Positions 58,741 to 64,000 of a stretch of DNA of 64,000 bases are shown here, in pieces. The stretch lies in assembly GCA_963719505.1 (NCBI GenBank), contig CAVRCF010000002.1:288001-352000 (forward strand), read 5' to 3'. Position 1 is the stretch's first letter. Each line of letters starts with the position of its first letter. Both the position numbers and the translations under genes were made by a program. The notes beneath the pieces are model-generated. The model saw nothing but the letters and a program-made list of their open reading frames with translations, did not search any database and had not been told where the DNA came from. Origin of the DNA: Halobacteriovoraceae bacterium. Its GTDB lineage: Bacteria; Bdellovibrionota; Bacteriovoracia; Bacteriovoracales; Bacteriovoracaceae.

Positions 58741-59773
58741 ACCACGCCTTTCTGTGATAGAGCTCGTAGCCAAGAGCATTTTTTTGATAAGTAAGCATCT
58801 TCTCTGGAGTTTCTGAGGTTTTTCTCCAAATATAGACACCGGAAAATTCTTTCAAATCTTTCAGTGCTGTGAGAGTTGCTTTGTAATTCATTGCTTGCCT
58901 TAATTCATTTGATTGACCTTTAAGTCTCCATTCAAATGGTTCTAAATGTCCTTTAGAGTGCCCAGTGAACCCAAGTTCTGTTAACATAATGGGTTTTCCT
59001 AGTGAACGTCCCAACCTTTGATAATGAAAAAAGTTCTTTTTTTGAAACTGTACAAGCTCTTTTTCTTTATAGGAATCAGGCAAAGGTTGATAGTGATCTA
59101 TACCGATAAAGTCGAGATCTCTCCAAAAACCTACCTCTTTCCATTCATAAACACCTTCAACCTTGCCCCAGTTGGCTCCATAAGTGATATCTCCTTTAAA
59201 GTGTTTGCGCACTTCTGAGATTATATTTTTCCAAAAGGGTGTATATTTTTTTCTCGTCAAAGAGCAATACTCAGCTCCCAAATTGAAAAGCTCAAGTTTA
59301 TGTTGCTCTGAAAATTTCGAAAAATAGATCAGAGTTTTTTTTAATTGCTTGAAGGTTTCAGCTTTATTTTTGGGGCTCCAATAACAGCGCCACTGATTAT
59401 CTAAAAGATCAACGTAGACCCTTAGGCTGACAATAAAATTTCTTTCTCGCGCAAGCTTGATCGCTTCACTTAAACGATCTTTTCTGGGAGAGTCAAAAGA
59501 GTCGCAATCGATTTCACTATCATTTTTATCACTAACATGACAGGTATACAGAAATGAAGCCGTATTAGCACCAAGGGCTTCCAGCTCATTTAAATAAGTC
59601 TCGACAGAAGTTCTCGTGTAGCTATCACTTCCATACCCAGTCAGAACTAAAGAAGTAAGTTTTCTGTCCTTTATTAATTTTCTTGGAGTAACGGAAGTTG
59701 ATGAACATGATTGAAGGACCAAGAGGATGATCAAAGACGTTAGTAAGGAAAAATTCGCCTCATATACTTTCAT
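58709..59773 (-). CDS. GH113-like TIM-barrel glycoside hydrolase lipoprotein
   Basis: Lipobox LQSC; GAEY, ITYGANW, FW..LDFIGID.Y.PL, MLTELGF (two catalytic Glu). Confidence 0.78.
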   Translation of the reverse strand: MKVYEANFSLLTSLIILLVLQSCSSTSVTPRKLIKDRKLTSLVLTGYGSDSYTRTSVETYLNELEALGANTASFLYTCHVSDKNDSEIDCDSFDSPRKDRLSEAIKLARERNFIVSLRVYVDLLDNQWRCYWSPKNKAETFKQLKKTLIYFSKFSEQHKLELFNLGAEYCSLTRKKYTPFWKNIISEVRKHFKGDITYGANWGKVEGVYEWKEVGFWRDLDFIGIDHYQPLPDSYKEKELVQFQKKNFFHYQRLGRSLGKPIMLTELGFTGHSKGHLEPFEWRLKGQSNELRQAMNYKATLTALKDLKEFSGVYIWRKTSETPEKMLTYQKNALGYELYHRKAWYEIQNFFSSY

Positions 59774-59840
59774 TAGGTAATCCTCCGATGGACATATTAT
59801 AATTTGCTAAAAGATAAGTAAATAAACTTTAGGAGTAACC

Positions 59841-60728
59841 GTGGTAAATGCTTCGTTAAAAAAACTTCTCATTGTCGATAGCGATCTTGACTCTAAAGAC
59901 TTAATGCTTGAAACCCTACAGAAGACGTACGAAGTCGTAGTGATAGATAACGCAGCGGACGCTATGGATTACAGCGAAAACTTTGTTCCCGACCTTATTT
60001 TACTCGATCTCGATATGCCGCAAATTGATGGGTTTGAGCTTCTCAATCGTTTAGATGAGCATCCCACTTTGTGTGATGTACCAGTTATAGCTATGAGTGA
60101 TAGCAAAGATGAGCAATTTAGTCGGCGAGCTCATGACGAGGGTGCAAGTGGAATTATTTATAAACCCTTTAACATTGCTAATTTAACTCGAGACATTGAA
60201 GGTATTTTAAAACATACATCTAGTACTATTATTTCGACCAATGAGAGAATTACATACAATATAGAGTTTAGCGAAAAGACTAAGATAAAAAAAATAAAAG
60301 AAATTATAAACAATCAAGATTTTGAATCTGAACCTCTTATTCTCCTTAGCTGGAGTCGAGGAGAGGACCTCATAACCGATGTTGATGATATCGACTCAAA
60401 GATCAATAACGACAGCCTTATTTATCTCGAAATGAAGCCCTCACTTGTTAGTAAGTTTCCCTATCTGCAAGACGTAACTCCCGTCGTATTGGAAATTAAA
60501 AATTTTCTCAAAACAAATAGTCGTAAATATCATCTAGTTATTGAAGAGCCTGGACATCTGTTTAATATTAATCAACGAGAAAGAAGTATCTCGCAGGCCT
60601 ACAATATAGCTCAACTCCTCCACAGTGACTTCAATAGAATCACCTACGTTAACTCTAGACCTCAGTCATCTGAGTCAGTTAAGTTTATCTCAAAAATTGG
60701 AAATATTCTCACAGGTGTTCGAAACTAG
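59841..60728 (+). CDS. Response regulator: REC domain plus unrecognised alpha/beta C-terminal domain
   Basis: LIVD, PDLILLDLDMP..DG, PVIAMS, GA..IIYKPF. Confidence 0.85.
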   Translation: MVNASLKKLLIVDSDLDSKDLMLETLQKTYEVVVIDNAADAMDYSENFVPDLILLDLDMPQIDGFELLNRLDEHPTLCDVPVIAMSDSKDEQFSRRAHDEGASGIIYKPFNIANLTRDIEGILKHTSSTIISTNERITYNIEFSEKTKIKKIKEIINNQDFESEPLILLSWSRGEDLITDVDDIDSKINNDSLIYLEMKPSLVSKFPYLQDVTPVVLEIKNFLKTNSRKYHLVIEEPGHLFNINQRERSISQAYNIAQLLHSDFNRITYVNSRPQSSESVKFISKIGNILTGVRN

Positions 60729-60730
60729 AG

Positions 60731-62032
60731 ATGGAAAGTTTCGTGAGAAAAACATTTACCGTTTTCTTTCTTTTGCTTGTGATGGCGGGGCTTACAGTGA
60801 CCTTTTATCTTTATTTTCCTGGCCACTGGCAAAAAGGAAACTCATGGGTTGAGTTCGCCACTACTGTTATGCTTTATTATCTTCTCTTTATTTTTGCTCG
60901 AACTATTTTTTTACTTTCACTCTCTTTTATAGAAAGCTTTTTTAGCAGAAAAATAAAACCCGTTGAAACATTCCCTTTAGTCTCAATTATTATCCCTTGT
61001 TTTAACGAAGAAGTTGGAATAAAAAAAGCGATTGAGTCGATTAAAGGAATTAACTATCCCAATATTGAAATTCTTGTTGTTGATGACGGATCAACAGATA
61101 AAACGTTCGAAATAGTAAAGGCCCTAGAGTCGGAATATTTGGTCAGGCTTGTTCATCAAAGCAATGCTGGAAAATCTCATGCTCTCAACAATGGTATTCA
61201 GCAAGCTCTTGGGGACTATTTTGTTTGTATGGATGCAGACAGTGTTCTTAGTGAAAACCTTTTGACCGATTCAATTCCCTACTTTGAGGCGGATCACAAT
61301 CTAGCCGCTGTTGCTGGAGCTGTGGAGGTTGGGAACGACTCATCAATCATCACACGATTTCAAAAACTTGAGTATATAGTAGGACTAAATTTTCACAAAA
61401 TGGCACAGAGTTGTCTCAATCTAGTTACGATCGTACCGGGGCCAATTGGTGTTTTTAAAAAGGACTTGGTTTTGTCAGTGGGAGGGTATCATACAGATAC
61501 CTTTGCAGAGGACTGCGACTTAAGCATGCGTCTGTTAATGGCGGGGTACAATATAAAATATACGGGAAAAATCAAAGCCCGAACAGAGGCTCCCGATGGT
61601 TTTCAGGCTTTGATAACACAAAGATATCGTTGGTCCAGAGGAATGATTCAGGCCATCGTCAAATCCGTTCAAGATCTAACGAAAAGCTTTACCTTCAGAA
61701 GAGCATTTGTTGTCTTGTATATGTTTGTTGAAACAATTATGATTCCGCTCATCAATTTTACTTTTGTGATTATTACACTAGAATTTGCGCTGACCTACTC
61801 GACAGCGGAGCTAATGGGGCCCTTTTTCATCGGTCTCACCTTGCTCGATTTGACGCTTATTTTATACTCGATTATTATTGAACGAGAACTAGGAAGCCTC
61901 TTTTTCCTAGGAATTTTTAATAGATTAACTTACGGACTCTCTTTGGAGGTGGTTAGATTCTTCTCGATATTTGACGAGATATTTAGACTCCCTATGAAAT
62001 GGGGACGATTGAAAAGAAAAGGTATGGATTAG
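60731..62032 (+). CDS. Processive GT2 glycosyltransferase (PgaC/IcaA-like)
   Basis: PCFNEE, DDGSTD, N.GKS.ALN, DAD, AED, QRYRWSRG; TMs at both ends. Confidence 0.88.
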   Translation: MESFVRKTFTVFFLLLVMAGLTVTFYLYFPGHWQKGNSWVEFATTVMLYYLLFIFARTIFLLSLSFIESFFSRKIKPVETFPLVSIIIPCFNEEVGIKKAIESIKGINYPNIEILVVDDGSTDKTFEIVKALESEYLVRLVHQSNAGKSHALNNGIQQALGDYFVCMDADSVLSENLLTDSIPYFEADHNLAAVAGAVEVGNDSSIITRFQKLEYIVGLNFHKMAQSCLNLVTIVPGPIGVFKKDLVLSVGGYHTDTFAEDCDLSMRLLMAGYNIKYTGKIKARTEAPDGFQALITQRYRWSRGMIQAIVKSVQDLTKSFTFRRAFVVLYMFVETIMIPLINFTFVIITLEFALTYSTAELMGPFFIGLTLLDLTLILYSIIIERELGSLFFLGIFNRLTYGLSLEVVRFFSIFDEIFRLPMKWGRLKRKGMD

Positions 62033-62034
62033 AA

Positions 62035-62403
62035 ATGGATGTTAAAAATGTTTTCAATATTATTCTTCTTGCGCTCTCTCTTACCACAATATTTATTACA
62101 TTAATCAGCTATATTGTTTTTAAATTGAGACAAGCCTCAAGTATGGAGAGCTCTAATGATTTTCATAAATTAGAAGGAAGTTACTTTCGAAGATATGCTC
62201 CGCAGCTTGAAAAAATAAATGAGGAGAAAAGGGCCATCATTTTAGCAAAAGAAAAAAATCCTAAAAAATTCTACTTAAAAATTGCCTCGATGTTTGCTTT
62301 TGTTTTCCTTATAATCTTCACCGTTTTTTTGGTTGATGACTATTACCAAAGAAGGCTGAGTAATGATCCTTCAACTCCCCAAGTAGAGACGACTTTTGAT
62401 TGA
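62035..62403 (+). CDS. Small two-TM membrane protein (possible PgaD/IcaD-like partner)
   Basis: Two hydrophobic segments; starts 2 nt after the GT2 stop. Confidence 0.55.
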   Translation: MDVKNVFNIILLALSLTTIFITLISYIVFKLRQASSMESSNDFHKLEGSYFRRYAPQLEKINEEKRAIILAKEKNPKKFYLKIASMFAFVFLIIFTVFLVDDYYQRRLSNDPSTPQVETTFD

Positions 62404-62536
62404 AAACTGAGTCGTTTTGTCGACTTCTGTTAATACTCCTTGAGATTGAAAAAAGTGATTTTATGAGAAGGTTTACTTTAACTTACAGAAATCGTTATGT
62501 TATTTTAAAAGAACAACATAAACTTGAGGACAAAAA

Positions 62537-63508
62537 TTGAAAAAATTTTTTAAATACCGTGAGAATCCAAGCTTACCCAAAATGATTGTTTCTTTTATTC
62601 TTCTGTTGGGATTGATCTATCTCTTTGGCTTTACTGATAGCCTTGATCAATTAAAAGGGTATTATGGTCAACACGAATTTAGCTTTAAAGCCGGAAAGTA
62701 CAAGTTAAGTTTACACGATATCGTCAAAGGAATTATCTTCACCGTCATCGTCTTTTGGGTGACATCTCTTACGTCAAAGTTTATAGAAAAAAGAATCTTC
62801 AAAATGACGCATTTGCGAGCGGGGACTAGGGACCTTGTGATTAAGCTTGTGCATATTGGGCTTTACTTTGTTGCCTTTCTTGTCGTCTTAAATTCCCTGG
62901 GAATTGATCTCACCGCTCTTACTGTTTTTAGTGGAGCAGCTGGTATCGGGTTGGGTTTTGGATTACAAAAAACGGCGTCAAATTTTATCAGTGGTATTAT
63001 TCTGCTCTTTGAAAAAACGATAGAGCCAGGTAATCTTATTGAGCTCAATGATGGAACATTGGGCTTTGTAAAAAAGACAAAAGCTCGCTACACCCTTATT
63101 GAAACATTCGACACACGTGAAATTATTGTTCCAAATGAAGACTTGATGACGAATAAGGTGACCAACCTTACCATGACAAATTCGTCGGGAAGAATTGATA
63201 TTGAAGTTGGTATCTCGTATAAGTCAGATGTCCATCTTGCGAAGAAAATAATTCTAGAAGCAGCTACAGAGCATCGCTTCTGCCTTAAAAAGCCCGAGCC
63301 CAACTGCTACCTTGTGAAATTTGGTGATAGCTCTGTTGAATTTCTATTACATTTTTGGATTGGAGACGTTGCTCCCGGACGATTCCTTCCAAAAAGTGAA
63401 GTCATGCTCTCCATTTGGGATAAGTTTAAAGAAAATAATATTGAGATTCCATTCCCTCAAAGAGACTTGCATATAAAGAGCTCTGAGATAGGTAAATTGA
63501 ACGTTTGA
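62537..63508 (+). CDS. mscS: Small-conductance mechanosensitive channel
   Basis: GAAGIGLGFGLQ..ASNFISG.ILL, IVPNE, VGISY.SD, FGDSS, IEIPFPQRDLH. Confidence 0.92.
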   Translation: MKKFFKYRENPSLPKMIVSFILLLGLIYLFGFTDSLDQLKGYYGQHEFSFKAGKYKLSLHDIVKGIIFTVIVFWVTSLTSKFIEKRIFKMTHLRAGTRDLVIKLVHIGLYFVAFLVVLNSLGIDLTALTVFSGAAGIGLGFGLQKTASNFISGIILLFEKTIEPGNLIELNDGTLGFVKKTKARYTLIETFDTREIIVPNEDLMTNKVTNLTMTNSSGRIDIEVGISYKSDVHLAKKIILEAATEHRFCLKKPEPNCYLVKFGDSSVEFLLHFWIGDVAPGRFLPKSEVMLSIWDKFKENNIEIPFPQRDLHIKSSEIGKLNV

Positions 63509-63572
63509 AATTACCTTCTCGACGATACAGGTATTTAAACTTATAATTGCTTCTTAATACCAAGGCGGTCAA

Positions 63573-64000
63573 ATGAGAAAAGTAGAAATAATAAAACCCG
63601 ATAGTTTTGAACAAGAGGATCACTTTTATCCCAAAGCCCTTAATTCTCAACTCCATGCTATGGTAGGGCATTTTTTCAATCTCGATCATGACAGAATTGT
63701 AAAAAGATATAGCCATCTCAACCCACAGGTTAATAGCGAAAATTTAAAATCAATTCTCAAGTATCAGTCAAACCATTTCTTTTGGGGGGAGCTGACCTTT
63801 TCTATGTTGCAACAGAGCAAGGAAATAGAAAGATGGTGGTTCTCGAGACAAACTCTTGTCCTTCAGGTCAAAAGTCAATGCCTCCTCGTGGTGACTCAGA
63901 TGAATTTCGAGGTTATAGATATTTAATTGAAAATTCTTTTATTCCTCAACTCAAAAAGAAAGACCTTCCCCCTGGTGCTCTCGCTGTTATTTATGACAAA
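63573..64000 (+). CDS. Conserved protein (possibly ATP-grasp-like); frameshift in G6 run 63784-63789; runs off the window end
   Basis: Adding one G gives [36 protein letters not shown]...GALAVIYDK, open to the end of the window. Confidence 0.6.

Noticed and set aside
752-63716. Numerous short antisense or alternate-frame ORFs (e.g. 752-1057, 6182-6409, 33998-34390, 44632-45069, 63426-63716)
   Set aside because: They lie within or across well-supported genes, lack motifs and SD sites, and are expected shadow ORFs.
1-64000. CRISPR arrays, tRNA/rRNA genes, IS elements, prophage
   Set aside because: No spaced direct repeats, cloverleaf or rRNA-like segments, transposase, integrase or phage genes were recognised by eye.

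Overview
AT-rich bacterial chromosomal window, densely coding, with no rRNA, tRNA, CRISPR array, transposase or phage gene recognised. Gene content (very large Ig/NHL and Ig/LamG surface lipoproteins, many small secreted hypotheticals, sigma28-like promoters) suggests a Bdellovibrionota (Bacteriovoracia-like) predator, which is an inference. Most notable: (1) an operon at 17.6-25.7 kb encoding a PEGA/TPR lipoprotein, MotA- and MotB-like stator subunits, a membrane protein that reads as a FliF-ring-like periplasmic domain fused to FliG-like cytoplasmic domains, an outer-membrane beta-barrel and a 1214-aa Ig/NHL surface lipoprotein, with no other flagellar genes. This is a candidate non-flagellar ion-driven motor linked to an adhesin. 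(2) A 5-oxoprolinase fused to a gamma-glutamylcyclotransferase domain. (3) A PNAG-like exopolysaccharide locus with a GH113-like hydrolase and its own response regulator. (4) A czc-type metal efflux operon with a His-rich leader ending in RPP and a miniature adaptor. (5) A secreted enzyme with an NTAQ1-like Cys-His-Asp triad. Five genes are broken by single-base indels or in-frame TAA codons, most simply explained by consensus sequence errors. All family calls come from motif recognition by eye; no database searches were run.
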